A stretch of DNA of 64,000 nucleotides from Bacillota bacterium (GTDB taxonomy: Bacteria; Bacillota; Sulfobacillia; RBS10-35; Bu92): NCBI GenBank assembly GCA_014896375.1, contig JADBKN010000009.1, forward strand, positions 75,088 to 139,087, written 5' to 3'. Position numbers and translations under genes: made by a program. The first letter of the stretch is position 1; every line of letters starts with the position of its first letter. Below the pieces are notes generated by a model that was not told the origin of the DNA, searched no databases, and saw only the letters and a list, made by a program, of their open reading frames with translations. This document shows positions 31,038-40,293 of the stretch, in pieces.

Positions 31038-32237
31038 ATGAGGGTGCCTCGTCTTGGTCCATGGTGGCGGCGCGGCGGGCCGTGGGCGCTGGCGGTGGCC
31101 GTGGCCTGCGCCGCGTTTCCTCCGGCGGCCCTCGCCGAAAACGGGGTCGTGGCGCAGGCCCCGGGCGCGCCGGAGATCGCCTCGCCGTCGGCCGTGCTGA
31201 TGGACGCCGGCTCCGGAGAGATCCTGTATGCCAAGAACCCCCATGAGAAGCGCAACCCGGCCAGCGTGACGAAGCTCATGACGCTCGCCGTCCTCTATGA
31301 TGCCGTGGCGGCGGGCGAGGTCCACTGGGACGATCCCGTCACGGCCAGCGAGCACGCGGCCAGCATGGGCGGCTCCCAGGTGTTCCTCGCGGCGGGCGAG
31401 ACGTTTCCCCTCAAGGACATGACGGCGGCCGTGGCCGTGGCCTCCGCCAACGACGCCGCGATGGCCCTGGCGGAGCACGTGGCCGGCTCGGAAGAGGCCT
31501 TCGTGAAGCGCATGCAGGCGCTCGCGGAGAAGATCGGCATGAAGGACTCGTCGTTCCGCAACCCGCATGGGCTGGACGCCGACGGGCACGTCATGAGCGC
31601 CTACGACATCGCGCTCCTCTCCCGCTACCTCGTCACCCACCACCCCGAGGTGCTGGAGATGACGAGCACGTGGATGCGGCCCTTCCGCGCGCCGCCGCGC
31701 GAGTTCATCCTCGTGAACACGAACACCTTCCTCAAGCGCTATCCCGGCGTGGACGGCCTCAAGACGGGCTGGACCAGCCAGGCCGGCTGGAGCGTGAGCA
31801 TCACGGCGGTACGGGGGGCCACGCGGCTCATCGCGGTGGTGATCGGCGCCGCGACCTCCGACCAGCGCTGGGCGGACGTGCGCAAGCTCCTCGACTGGGG
31901 CTTCGCCACCTTCGAGACGGTGCCCGTCGCCCAGGCGGGTGAGGTGCTGCGCGAGATCCCGGTCGACAAAGGCGTGGCGCGGCAGGTGGCGGCTGTCACG
32001 CCGGACGCGGTGGCCGTGACGGTACGCAAGGGCCAGAAGCAGCGCGTGACGCAGGAGGTGGACCTGCCGGCCCGCGTGCCCGCACCTGTGGCCGCCGGCC
32101 AGCGCCTCGGCACGATCACGGTGAAGGTCGAGGGCAAGGTGGTGCGCGAAGCGCCCCTTGTGGCGGGGGCCGCCAGTCCGCGCGCGGGCTACGGGCTGCT
32201 CTTCCGGCGCATCCTGGAGGCGGCCTGGCCCTGGTGA
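31038..32237 (+). CDS. dacF: D-alanyl-D-alanine carboxypeptidase (S11/PBP5 family), DacF-like
   Basis: Signal peptide. Active-site SxxK (NPASVTKLMT), SxN and KTG (GLKTGWT) motifs. Directly upstream of spoIIAA-spoIIAB-sigF as in B. subtilis. Confidence 0.85.
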   Translation: MRVPRLGPWWRRGGPWALAVAVACAAFPPAALAENGVVAQAPGAPEIASPSAVLMDAGSGEILYAKNPHEKRNPASVTKLMTLAVLYDAVAAGEVHWDDPVTASEHAASMGGSQVFLAAGETFPLKDMTAAVAVASANDAAMALAEHVAGSEEAFVKRMQALAEKIGMKDSSFRNPHGLDADGHVMSAYDIALLSRYLVTHHPEVLEMTSTWMRPFRAPPREFILVNTNTFLKRYPGVDGLKTGWTSQAGWSVSITAVRGATRLIAVVIGAATSDQRWADVRKLLDWGFATFETVPVAQAGEVLREIPVDKGVARQVAAVTPDAVAVTVRKGQKQRVTQEVDLPARVPAPVAAGQRLGTITVKVEGKVVREAPLVAGAASPRAGYGLLFRRILEAAWPW

Positions 32238-32407
32238 CGGCCTGCACCGCCGGGCACGCACGCGGACACGCCGCCTGAGGCGGGGATTGGCGAAATCGGG
32301 CGAATTTCCGGCCCACATGTCGAGCGCGCGGGCTCCTGCGCGCTCGCGCTTTGGGGAGGATATCGCTGCCGTGCGCCGAAGAGCCCGTCCTCGGGAGGTG
32401 GGCGCAG

Positions 32408-32749
32408 TTGCGGTTGGAGCGCGAACTTGTCGGCGACCGCCTCGTCGTCCGGGTGGAGGGAGACCTGGACGTGCGCAGCGCCGAGGCCTTCCGGCGCAGC
32501 GTGGACGAGTGGCTGGAAGCCACTCGCGCGCGCAGCCTGATCGTCAACCTCGCCGCCGCGGGCTTCGTCGACAGCACCGGCCTCGGGGCGCTTCTCGGGC
32601 GCTACCGCAAGCTGCAGGCCGCGCGCCGGACCATGGTCCTCGTGGCGCCGCCGGCCGGCACCCTGGCTGTGTTGGAGTTGGCCGGCATCCCCGGCCTCAT
32701 GCCGATCGTCGCGAGCGAAGCCGAGGCGCTGGAGGTGGCCGTGGGATGA
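32408..32749 (+). CDS. spoIIAA: Anti-sigma F factor antagonist SpoIIAA (STAS domain)
   Basis: TTG start with GGGAGGTG RBS. STAS domain …LVVRVEGDLDVRSAEAFRRSVDEWL…DSTGLGALLGRYRKL…. Phospho-serine context DSTGLG. Confidence 0.85.
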   Translation: MRLERELVGDRLVVRVEGDLDVRSAEAFRRSVDEWLEATRARSLIVNLAAAGFVDSTGLGALLGRYRKLQAARRTMVLVAPPAGTLAVLELAGIPGLMPIVASEAEALEVAVG

Positions 32750-33213
32750 GCCGGCGCGACAACCATCTGACGATCGAGATGCCGAGCCGCCCGGAGAACG
32801 TGGGTGTGGCCCGCGTGAGCCTGGCAGCCTTCGCGAGCCAGCTGGACTTCACGTTGGCGGAGCTGGAGGAGCTGAAGGTGGCCGTCTCCGAGGCGGTGAC
32901 GAACTGCGTCCTCCACGCCTATCCCGGACGCACGGGCGAGGTGAAGGTGGAGGCCTGGATCTCCGAGGGTGAGCTGGGCGTACGCGTCACGGACTGGGGC
33001 GTCGGCATCGAAGACGTGGAGCAGGCGCGGCAGGCCGCCTACACGTCCTCGCAGGACCCGGACCACCTGGGGCTCGGCTTCACGTTCATGGAGAACTTCA
33101 TGGACCGCGTGGAGGTGTGGTCACAGCCCGGCGCGGGCACGGTGGTGACGATGACGAAACGCCCGCGCGCGGCGGCGTTGCAGGCAGCGAACGGGGAGGA
33201 GCGGCGGGCGTGA
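32746..33213 (+). CDS. spoIIAB: Anti-sigma F factor SpoIIAB (serine kinase, GHKL ATPase)
   Basis: ATG overlaps the spoIIAA stop (ATGA). …EELKVAVSEAVTNCVLHAY… N-box and …GLGFTFMENFMD… G-box. Confidence 0.9.
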   Translation: MSRRDNHLTIEMPSRPENVGVARVSLAAFASQLDFTLAELEELKVAVSEAVTNCVLHAYPGRTGEVKVEAWISEGELGVRVTDWGVGIEDVEQARQAAYTSSQDPDHLGLGFTFMENFMDRVEVWSQPGAGTVVTMTKRPRAAALQAANGEERRA

Positions 33214-33926
33214 CGGGCGCGCCCGACGAGGACCTCTTCGCGCGGCTGGCCGGCGGCGACGCCGCGGCGCGGGAGGAGCTCGTGGCGCGCCACATGGGGC
33301 TTGTACATCACGTGGTGCGGCGCTTTCCGGGCGCCGCGGACCCGGAGGACCTCGTCCAGGCCGGCGTGCTGGGCCTCATCCAGGCGCTCTCGCGCTTTGA
33401 CCCGCACCGCGGCGCGAGCTTCTCAAGCTTCGCCGTGCCCTACATCCTCGGCGAGGTGCGGGCCTGCTTCCACCGGCAGCAGTCGGGCGCCCATGTCGGG
33501 CGCGCGGCCGCACGCCTCGCGCAACGCGCGCGCGCGACGGCCGCGCAGCTGACCCAGACGCTGGGCCGCGAGCCCTCGCTCCGGGAACTGGCGGCGGCGC
33601 TCGATGTGGATGCCACGGACCTCGCGCAGCTGCTCGACGCGCAAAAGCCGGCGGCGTCCGTCGAGGCGTCGCCCGAGGAGGACGAGGACGCCGCCCCGGC
33701 TGCGGCCGCCGCCGAGCCCTCCTTCGAGTCCGAGTGGATCGAGCGCTATACGCTCCGCGAAGTCCTCGCGCGCCTTGAAGAGCGCGACCGCCGCCTCATC
33801 GCGTTGCGCTACCTGGCCGGCCTCTCCCAAGCAGAGGTCGGCCGCCGCCTTGGCGTGTCGCAGGTGCAGGTCTCCCGCCTTGAGCGCCGCATTCTCGCGC
33901 AGCTGCGCGGCGCCGCCGAGCCGTGA
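33210..33926 (+). CDS. sigF: RNA polymerase sporulation sigma factor sigma-F
   Basis: GTG overlaps the spoIIAB stop (GTGA). Region 2 (…GLVHHVVRRF…DLVQAGVLGLIQALSRFD…) and region 4 HTH (…LSQAEVGRRLGVSQVQVSRLERR…). Position after spoIIAB. Confidence 0.9.
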   Translation: MTGAPDEDLFARLAGGDAAAREELVARHMGLVHHVVRRFPGAADPEDLVQAGVLGLIQALSRFDPHRGASFSSFAVPYILGEVRACFHRQQSGAHVGRAAARLAQRARATAAQLTQTLGREPSLRELAAALDVDATDLAQLLDAQKPAASVEASPEEDEDAAPAAAAAEPSFESEWIERYTLREVLARLEERDRRLIALRYLAGLSQAEVGRRLGVSQVQVSRLERRILAQLRGAAEP

Positions 33927-34002
33927 CGGCCGCCGCGGCGGCCGCTCCGTCGCATATCCCCGCGGGCCGGTGGAGACTCTAGCCTCGCGGGAGGTGAGGT
34001 CG

Positions 34003-34212
34003 ATGGAGGTCGTGAAGGTGCTGGAACTCGTCGGGGATTCCCCGGAGGGCTGGCAGCAGGCGGTGGAAAACGCCGTCCAGGAGGCGTCCAAGACCATCGA
34101 CGGCATCACCGGCGTCGAGGTGTACAACCTGACGGCCAACGTGAAGAACGGCCGGCTGGTCGAGTACAAGGCGAACGTGAAGATCGCGTACGCGGTCGAC
34201 CGGGAGCGGTAA
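34003..34212 (+). CDS. Dodecin-family flavin-binding protein (69 aa)
   Basis: ATG with GGGAGGTGAGG RBS. MEVVKVLELVGDSPEGWQQAVENAVQEASKTIDGITGVEVYNLTANVKNGRLVEYKANVKIAYAV matches the dodecin fold pattern. Confidence 0.7.
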   Translation: MEVVKVLELVGDSPEGWQQAVENAVQEASKTIDGITGVEVYNLTANVKNGRLVEYKANVKIAYAVDRER

Positions 34213-34215
34213 CCG

Positions 34216-34677
34216 ATGGCGAAGGCGAGCCAGTCGCAAACGGAGGCGTACCGGCGGCAGCAGAAGAAGGCCAAGCCGCCGGTGCCCTGGGCCCGGAACC
34301 TCTTCTGGGCCTTTCTTGTGGGCGGCCTCATCTGCACCGCCGGTGAAGCGGTGCTGAAGTTCTTCATGGCGCAGGGGCTGCGCGCAGACCAGGCGGCCGT
34401 GCCGACGAGCGCCGTGATGGTCCTGGTGGGCTCGCTGCTCACCGGCCTCGGCGTCTACGACGAGCTCGTGCGCCTGGGCGGTATGGGCGCAGCCCTGCCG
34501 ATCACCGGTTTCGCGAACTCCATCGTGGCGCCGGCGATGGAGTTCAAGCGGGAGGGCTGGGTGATGGGCGTGGGCGCGCGCATGTTCCAGGTGGCGGGGC
34601 CGGTGATCGTGTACGGGCTCGTCGCCTCGTTCGCCGTGGGTCTCGTCTGGTTCCTCGTGCACGGGGGGACGCGCTGA
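34216..34677 (+). CDS. spoVAC: Stage V sporulation protein AC
   Basis: Small 4-TM protein with a conserved SpoVAC block (…LFWAFLVGGLICTAGEAV…AALPITGFANSIVAPAMEFKREGWVMGVGARMFQVAGPVIVYG…). Confidence 0.9.
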   Translation: MAKASQSQTEAYRRQQKKAKPPVPWARNLFWAFLVGGLICTAGEAVLKFFMAQGLRADQAAVPTSAVMVLVGSLLTGLGVYDELVRLGGMGAALPITGFANSIVAPAMEFKREGWVMGVGARMFQVAGPVIVYGLVASFAVGLVWFLVHGGTR

Positions 34678-35723
34678 TGGCCGTCGCCACGAAGGAGGCG
34701 CCGCGACGCCTCGGGGAGCGCACCTTCCGTTTCCCCGCAGAGCCGCGCATCGTCGCCACGGGCAGCATCGCCGGCCGGATGGAGGCCGAGGGACCGCTGG
34801 GTGCCGAGTTCGATGAGACGGTGTCCGACAGCCTCCTCGGCCAGGCTTCCTGGGAGCGCGCGGAGCGGGAGCTCATGCGGCGCGCGGTGGAGCATGCCGT
34901 GCGCAAGGCCGGCTGGACCCTCGGCGACGTCGACTTCATGTTCGGCGGCGACCTGCTCAACCAGATCGTCTCGACGAGCTTCGCCGCGCGCGACCTCGAC
35001 ATCCCGGCCTTCGGGCTCTTCTCCGCCTGCGCCACGCTCACGGCGGCGCTCACCCTGGCGGCGATGGCCGTCGACGGCGGCTACGCGCGGCGCGCGCTCG
35101 CCGCCGTCTCCAGCCATCACGACACTGCTGAACGCCAGTACCGCTTTCCCACCGAGTTCGGCAACCAGCGGCCGCCGACCGCGCAATGGACGGCGACGGC
35201 CGGCGCGGCCTTCCTGCTTGCTGCTGAAGGCGAGGGGCCGCGCATCACCATGGCCACGCCCGGGCGTGTGGTCGACTACGGTCTCAAGGATCCCTTCGAC
35301 ATGGGCTCCGCCATGGCGCCGGCGGCCGCGGACACGATCGCGGCCCACCTGCGCGATACGGGCCGCGACCCGTCCGATTACGACATGGTCCTCACCGGCG
35401 ACCTGGCCGCTGTGGGCACGCCCCTCGTCCGCGAACTCCTCGCGCAGCGCGGCTACGACATCGAGGACGTGCACGAGGACTGCGGCCTTCTGCTCTATGA
35501 CCGCGAGCGCCAGGACGTGCACGCGGGCGGCAGCGGCGCGGCCTGCAGCGGCGCCACGGTGGCGGCGCACATCTGGAAGCGCCTCGCGCAGGGCGACCTC
35601 CGCCGCGTGCTGCTCGTGGCCACAGGCGCGCTGCACAGCCCGACGACCTACCAGCAGGGGGAGACGATCCCGTGCGTGGCGCATGCCGTGGTGCTGGAGG
35701 CCCCGCGCGCGGCGGGCGGCTAG
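34677..35723 (+). CDS. spoVAD: Stage V sporulation protein AD (thiolase-like fold)
   Basis: Start overlaps the spoVAC stop. …RTFRFPAEPRIVATGSIAG…DLLNQIVSTSFAARDLDIPAFGLFSACATL… is characteristic of SpoVAD. Confidence 0.9.
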   Translation: MAVATKEAPRRLGERTFRFPAEPRIVATGSIAGRMEAEGPLGAEFDETVSDSLLGQASWERAERELMRRAVEHAVRKAGWTLGDVDFMFGGDLLNQIVSTSFAARDLDIPAFGLFSACATLTAALTLAAMAVDGGYARRALAAVSSHHDTAERQYRFPTEFGNQRPPTAQWTATAGAAFLLAAEGEGPRITMATPGRVVDYGLKDPFDMGSAMAPAAADTIAAHLRDTGRDPSDYDMVLTGDLAAVGTPLVRELLAQRGYDIEDVHEDCGLLLYDRERQDVHAGGSGAACSGATVAAHIWKRLAQGDLRRVLLVATGALHSPTTYQQGETIPCVAHAVVLEAPRAAGG

Positions 35724-35772
35724 CGGGCGTTGAGCGGGCAAGGGGAGCAGGGCGGACGGAGGTCTTTTCAAC

Positions 35773-36123
35773 GTGGACTACGTGTGGGCGTTTCTCGTCG
35801 GAGGGCTCCTTTGTGTGGCGGCGCAGATTGTGGCGGACGGCACGCCTCTCACGCCGGCCCACACCATGGTGCTGTTCGTGGTCCTCGGCGCCGTGGCGAG
35901 CGGCCTCGGCCTCTACGAGCCCCTGATCCAGTTCGCGGGCGCGGGGGCGAGCGTGCCGCTGCCCGGCTTCGGCCACGCGCTCGTCCAGGGCATCATTCAG
36001 GAGTCCGCCCGCACCGGCTGGGTGGGCCTTTTCACAGGCGGCCTGGCGGCGACGGCGATGGGCGTCACGGCCGCCGTGCTGTTCGGGTTCCTGGCCGCGG
36101 TGCTGTTCAACCCGCGCGGCTGA
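35773..36123 (+). CDS. spoVAEB: Stage V sporulation protein AEB
   Basis: GTG start. 116-aa membrane protein paralogous to SpoVAC (…WAFLVGGLLCVAAQIV…SVPLPGFGHALVQGI…). Confidence 0.85.
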   Translation: MDYVWAFLVGGLLCVAAQIVADGTPLTPAHTMVLFVVLGAVASGLGLYEPLIQFAGAGASVPLPGFGHALVQGIIQESARTGWVGLFTGGLAATAMGVTAAVLFGFLAAVLFNPRG

Positions 36124-36160
36124 GCCACCGGGCCCGCGGCGGACGCCGCCGGGCGCGCAG

Positions 36161-37726
36161 ATGGCGAGCGGGTTTGAAGAAGGGAAGCGGTGCAGAGGGA
36201 GGTCATGTGCCACGGGTTCCGTCGCGCCGACGCCGGTGGACCGCCGCCTCGACGTGAACCGTGAGTGGCTGCGCGACCGGCTGGGATTGGATCAGAGTTT
36301 CGACCTACTCTGGCGCGAGGTCGAGGTGGGCGGCAGCCGCGCCGGGCTCCTCGCCGTGCGCGGCCTCGTGCGGGAGGACGTCCTGGAGCGGGTGCTGGCG
36401 CTCCTGCAGCACCTGCCGGAGCATCGGCCGCCAGGGACGCCCGGCGCGCCTTGGGCAAGCCACGCGGGCGACGGCGGCGGTGCGGCGGTGCACCACGAGG
36501 GCGGCCGCGCACCCGGGGGCGGCGCGGCGGAGGCGTGGGCGCGGCGGTACCTGTCGCCGCCGGACATCGAGACCCTCGACACGTTGGAGGCCGTCGCCGA
36601 GCGCGTGCTGCGCGGCTCGGCGGCGCTGTTTTTGGAAGGGGCCGAGACGGCTGTGACCCTCGGCGTTGCGGCTCCGGCATCCGTTCCCTTAGGCGCCGCA
36701 TCCGGCTTCGGGGGCCCGGGAGGCCCCTCGTTCGCCGGGCATTTGCGCGCGGACGCCGCGCTCCTGCGGCGCTTCCTACCGCTGCAGGGTCTGCGCGTGG
36801 AGTGCATTCCGGGCAGCGGCCGCGGTGCGGATATGGCGATCGCATATGTGCGGGGCCTCGCCGACGCGGAACTGGTCGCGCGCGTCCGCGAGGCACTGAG
36901 GGTGGCGGCCGGGGACGGACCCCGCGAGGCCGCCCGCGCCCTGGCCTTCGTGCGCGACGGACGACGGGGCGGCGCGCGACGCTTTCCGGCCGTACACCGC
37001 GTGGCGGACGCCCGGAGCGCCGCCGGAGCGTTGCGCGCGGGCCGTGTGGCCGTTCTCCAGGAGGGCGTGCCGGAAGCATGGCTGGTGCCTGCGTCGCTGC
37101 GGGACCCATGGATCTCGGCCGACGGATGGGCCGCCCCCCGATCGGCAGCCCAGGCGGCGAGCTCCTTGGCCGCCGGCTGGGTGCTGCTCCCCGCCGCGCT
37201 GCTCCTCCCGGCGGCGACGGTGCAGACGCGCTCTCTCTGGCTTCCGCTGATCGGGGCGGAGGCCGTGCTGGCCTTGACGCGAGCGGCGCTGGCACCGTTG
37301 GGACGCGCTGCCCCGGCGTGGGAACTCGTGGCGGCCGCGCTGCTCGCGCCGGTGGCGGTGGCGGCCGGGCTGATCAGCGCTCGAGGCGCGCTGCTCGCCA
37401 TCGTGAGCGCGGCCGCAGCCGCCGCCGTGCCTGGGGCGGAGCTGCGCACGGCCATATGCGGTTGGCGTGCGGCCGCCACGGCTGCGGCCGGGCTCGTGGG
37501 CGTGTGGGGGGTGCTGGCGGCTACCGCGCTGGCGGTCGTGGCGCTGCTGCGCGGAAGCGGACCGCGCGGCCCGAAGAGGGCACGGCCTGCGGCGGTGGGC
37601 GAGCGCGCCGGGGAGGCGGTAGGGGACGGGCCGAAGGCACGGGGTATGGCGGCGCCGGACGGCGGGGCGAAGGCAGACGCCGATGAGGCGAGCGGCCGGG
37701 CGAGGGCTCGGACCCTTTGCTGGTGA
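36161..37726 (+). CDS. spoVAF: Stage V sporulation protein AF (GerA-family spore germination protein homologue). The start codon is uncertain.
   Basis: GerAA-like N-terminal soluble domain (…SFDLLWREVEVGG…DIETLDTLEAVAERVLRGSAALFLEGAETAVTLGV…) followed by TM helices. Position after spoVAEB and before lysA, as in the B. subtilis spoVA operon. Confidence 0.7.
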   Translation: MASGFEEGKRCRGRSCATGSVAPTPVDRRLDVNREWLRDRLGLDQSFDLLWREVEVGGSRAGLLAVRGLVREDVLERVLALLQHLPEHRPPGTPGAPWASHAGDGGGAAVHHEGGRAPGGGAAEAWARRYLSPPDIETLDTLEAVAERVLRGSAALFLEGAETAVTLGVAAPASVPLGAASGFGGPGGPSFAGHLRADAALLRRFLPLQGLRVECIPGSGRGADMAIAYVRGLADAELVARVREALRVAAGDGPREAARALAFVRDGRRGGARRFPAVHRVADARSAAGALRAGRVAVLQEGVPEAWLVPASLRDPWISADGWAAPRSAAQAASSLAAGWVLLPAALLLPAATVQTRSLWLPLIGAEAVLALTRAALAPLGRAAPAWELVAAALLAPVAVAAGLISARGALLAIVSAAAAAAVPGAELRTAICGWRAAATAAAGLVGVWGVLAATALAVVALLRGSGPRGPKRARPAAVGERAGEAVGDGPKARGMAAPDGGAKADADEASGRARARTLCW

Positions 37727-37876
37727 TCCCCAGCACAGCCCAACAACCGTCTCCCCGCACGCGGTTTGTCAATAGTCCCAAAAGGCGCCTTAGCCGATGG
37801 GGCAGGGAGCATGGCCGAGCATGGGCGACGCCCCACGCCAGCGCAGATCGCTCCCCGCCCTGCAGCGGCCGCGCCT

Positions 37877-37969
37877 CCCGCCGCCCTGCGACCGTGCGCA
37901 GCCCGGCGTCTCGCCACCGCCCCGCAACGCCCGCGCCTCCCGCCGCCCTGCGACCGTGCGCGTCCCCGC
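37877..37969. repeat. Tandem direct repeat: two copies of CCGCGCCTCCCGCCGCCCTGCGACCGTGCGC (31 nt; about 40 nt with imperfect flanks) with a 62-bp period, in the spoVAF-lysA intergenic region
   Basis: Exact 31-mer at 37877-37907 and 37939-37969. Flanks are also similar (gcagcggCCGC… vs gcaacgcCCGC…). Confidence 0.8.
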
Positions 37970-38289
37970 GATGGCCCAGCCAGCCGAGCTGCGCGCTGTG
38001 AGCCCGCCCGACCACCGCGCCGAGTGGCTCCCGGTCGCGTGTCGCCGCCACCGGGGCCGCCTTCGCCCCCCTCCCGCGCGCGGCTCGGGGCCGCCACCCC
38101 TCCCGGCCCCCGTCCAGCGCCGCGCGGCCTGCCCGCCATCCCCTTCCGCCTGGGTGCACCTGCCACTACGGCGGCCAGAACCGCGCGGACGCGCCTCCCT
38201 TCGGCCGCGTCGCGAGGGCACTCCAAACCCCGGCTGGCGGGGCCGTCCATGTGTTGACGGAACGCGCTTTCGCCGTTACCATCCATCCC

Positions 38290-39633
38290 ATGCAGAGGGA
38301 ATCTGCCCCGGTTCGACAAGCCGCTCCCGCCGGCGTCTCCGACTTCCCCGAAGGGGTCTCGCGCGGCCCGGACGGTGTCCTGTGCTTCTCCGGCGTCCGG
38401 CTGACGGAACTCGCCGAGCGCTACGGCACGCCGCTGCTCGTACTCTCGGAAGACGTGGCGCGCGCGGCCGCGCTCCGCTTCATCGACGCGTTCCGGCGCG
38501 CCTTCGGGCCGCGGGCGTCGGTCTCCTACGCCGCCAAGGCGCTGGCCTTGCCGGCCTTCTTCCGGGCGCTGGCTGACCTCGACCTCTCGTTCGACGTCGT
38601 CTCCGCGGGCGAGGCCGCCGCGGCGCGCTTCGCGGGCATCGCCCCGGAGCGCCTGCGCCTGCACGGCAACAACAAGCCGGATGCGGAGTTGCGCATGGCG
38701 GCCGCGGGCGGAGTGGGGCAGGTCGTCATCGATAACCCCGAGGAGCTGGAGCGGTGGATCGCGATGCCGCGGCCGGCGGAGCCTCCGGTACTCTTGCGCG
38801 TCGCGCCCGGCCTCAGCCCCGACACGCATGAATACATCTCCACCGGCGGCCGCGGCGGCAAGTTCGGCTTCGACGGGCCGAGCGGCGAGGCGCTGCGCGG
38901 CCTCCTACGCGCCTACGCCGCGGGGGTGCGCGTCGCCGGTCTCCACGCGCACCTCGGGTCGCAGATCGAGGACGTCTCCATCTACGCGGCCAGCCTGAGC
39001 TATCTGTACGACCTCCGCCGGCACTTCCACGAGCGCACTGGGGTATGGCTGGAGGAACTGAACATCGGCGGCGGGCCGGCCTACCGGTACACGGAAGAGC
39101 GCGCGCTGGACGCCGAGGCCTGGGCCGCGGAGGTGGCGCGCGCGGAGCGCGAGGCGGCAGCCGGGCAGCCGCCGGCGCGCATCGGCATCGAGCCGGGCCG
39201 CGCCATCGCGGCGCCCGCGGGCCTGACGGTCTACACCGTGGGCGACGCTCACCGCGTGCCGGGCTTCACGCCCGTCGTGGCCGTGGACGGCGGCATGGGC
39301 GACAACATCCGCCCGGCGCTCTACCACGCGCGCTACGGTGCGGCGCGCGTGGAGGGGGAGGGTCCGGTCGAGGTGTGCCACATCGTGGGCCGCTATTGCG
39401 AGTCGGGCGACGTCCTCATCACGAACGCGCGCCTGCCGCGGCTGCGCCGCGGCGACCGCCTGGCCGTCTTCGGCACGGGCGCCTACACCTTCCCCATGTC
39501 CATGCGCTACAACGGCGTGCCGCGCCCCGCCGTCGTGCTGGTGCGCGGTGGCGAGCACGCCTGCGTCTGCGAGAGAGAGACGGAGGAAGACCTGCTTCGC
39601 GGCCAGCGCCTGGCCCCATGGCAGGTACCTTGA
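38290..39633 (+). CDS. lysA: Diaminopimelate decarboxylase. Alternative GTG start at 38251.
   Basis: Fold-III PLP decarboxylase motifs (…VSYAAKALALPAFFRAL…, …HGNNK…, …LHAHLGSQI…, …EPGRAIAAPAG…, …CESGD…). Follows the spoVA operon as in B. subtilis. Confidence 0.85.
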   Translation: MQRESAPVRQAAPAGVSDFPEGVSRGPDGVLCFSGVRLTELAERYGTPLLVLSEDVARAAALRFIDAFRRAFGPRASVSYAAKALALPAFFRALADLDLSFDVVSAGEAAAARFAGIAPERLRLHGNNKPDAELRMAAAGGVGQVVIDNPEELERWIAMPRPAEPPVLLRVAPGLSPDTHEYISTGGRGGKFGFDGPSGEALRGLLRAYAAGVRVAGLHAHLGSQIEDVSIYAASLSYLYDLRRHFHERTGVWLEELNIGGGPAYRYTEERALDAEAWAAEVARAEREAAAGQPPARIGIEPGRAIAAPAGLTVYTVGDAHRVPGFTPVVAVDGGMGDNIRPALYHARYGAARVEGEGPVEVCHIVGRYCESGDVLITNARLPRLRRGDRLAVFGTGAYTFPMSMRYNGVPRPAVVLVRGGEHACVCERETEEDLLRGQRLAPWQVP

Positions 39634-39657
39634 CCGGACGCGCGTGCCCGGCCTACG

Positions 39658-40293
39658 ATGGCGACGATGATGACCGATCTGACCGTCCTCATCTACGGCG
39701 TGCCGGGCCTGCTCTTCGCCCTGTCCTTTCACGAATACGCGCACGCCTGGATGGCGACGCGTCTCGGTGATCCGACCCCCCGTGCCGCCGGGCGGCTGAC
39801 GCTCAACCCCTTCGCGCACGTCGACTGGTTGGGGCTCATCATGCTGTGGGTGGCGCGCTTCGGCTGGGCGCGGCCTGTGCCGGTGGACCCGCGCTACTTC
39901 GCGCGGCCGCGATCGGGGATGCTGTGGACGGCGCTCGCCGGCCCGGCGGCGAACGCCATTGCCGCGGTGGCGAGCGCGTGGCTGCTCGTGCGCGCGGACC
40001 GGCTGCTCGGAGACGCCGCGGGAGCCGCCGACGCCGTGCGCATCATCCTCTACCTCTCTCTCGTGTACAACGTCTCCCTGGCCATCTTCAACCTCATCCC
40101 GGTGCCGCCGCTCGACGGGTCCCGCATCCTTGGCAGCCTCCTGCCGCCGCGGGCGGCGTGGCGGTACCAGCAGATCGAGCCGTACGGCTGGCTCGTGCTC
40201 CTTCTGCTCGTGGCCTCGGGCTACGTGGGCAACATCATCGCCCCGCTGATCAACGCCATCACGCGCGCGCTTCTGGGGTGGTTCTCGACGTGA
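39658..40293 (+). CDS. Site-2 protease family (M50) zinc metallopeptidase
   Basis: HExxH in a TM helix (FHEYAHAWMA), a second zinc-ligand region (…NLIPVPPLDGSRIL…) and a multi-TM topology. Confidence 0.8.
   Translation: MATMMTDLTVLIYGVPGLLFALSFHEYAHAWMATRLGDPTPRAAGRLTLNPFAHVDWLGLIMLWVARFGWARPVPVDPRYFARPRSGMLWTALAGPAANAIAAVASAWLLVRADRLLGDAAGAADAVRIILYLSLVYNVSLAIFNLIPVPPLDGSRILGSLLPPRAAWRYQQIEPYGWLVLLLLVASGYVGNIIAPLINAITRALLGWFST

Noticed and set aside
37877-37969. CRISPR array
   Set aside because: Only two repeat copies, no cas genes and a GC-rich non-palindromic unit. Treated as a simple tandem duplication or regulatory repeat instead.
37727-38290. Lysine riboswitch (L-box) upstream of lysA
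   Set aside because: None of the conserved L-box blocks (AGAGGTGC, GGGGAGCGTCGCCGAAG, GCTGTCAAG) are present. B. subtilis lysA also lacks one.
36292-38829. 845-aa minus-strand ORF antisense to spoVAF and lysA
   Set aside because: Arg/Ala/Pro/Gly-rich low-complexity translation typical of the mirror frame of GC-rich coding DNA. It overlaps two well-supported plus-strand genes.
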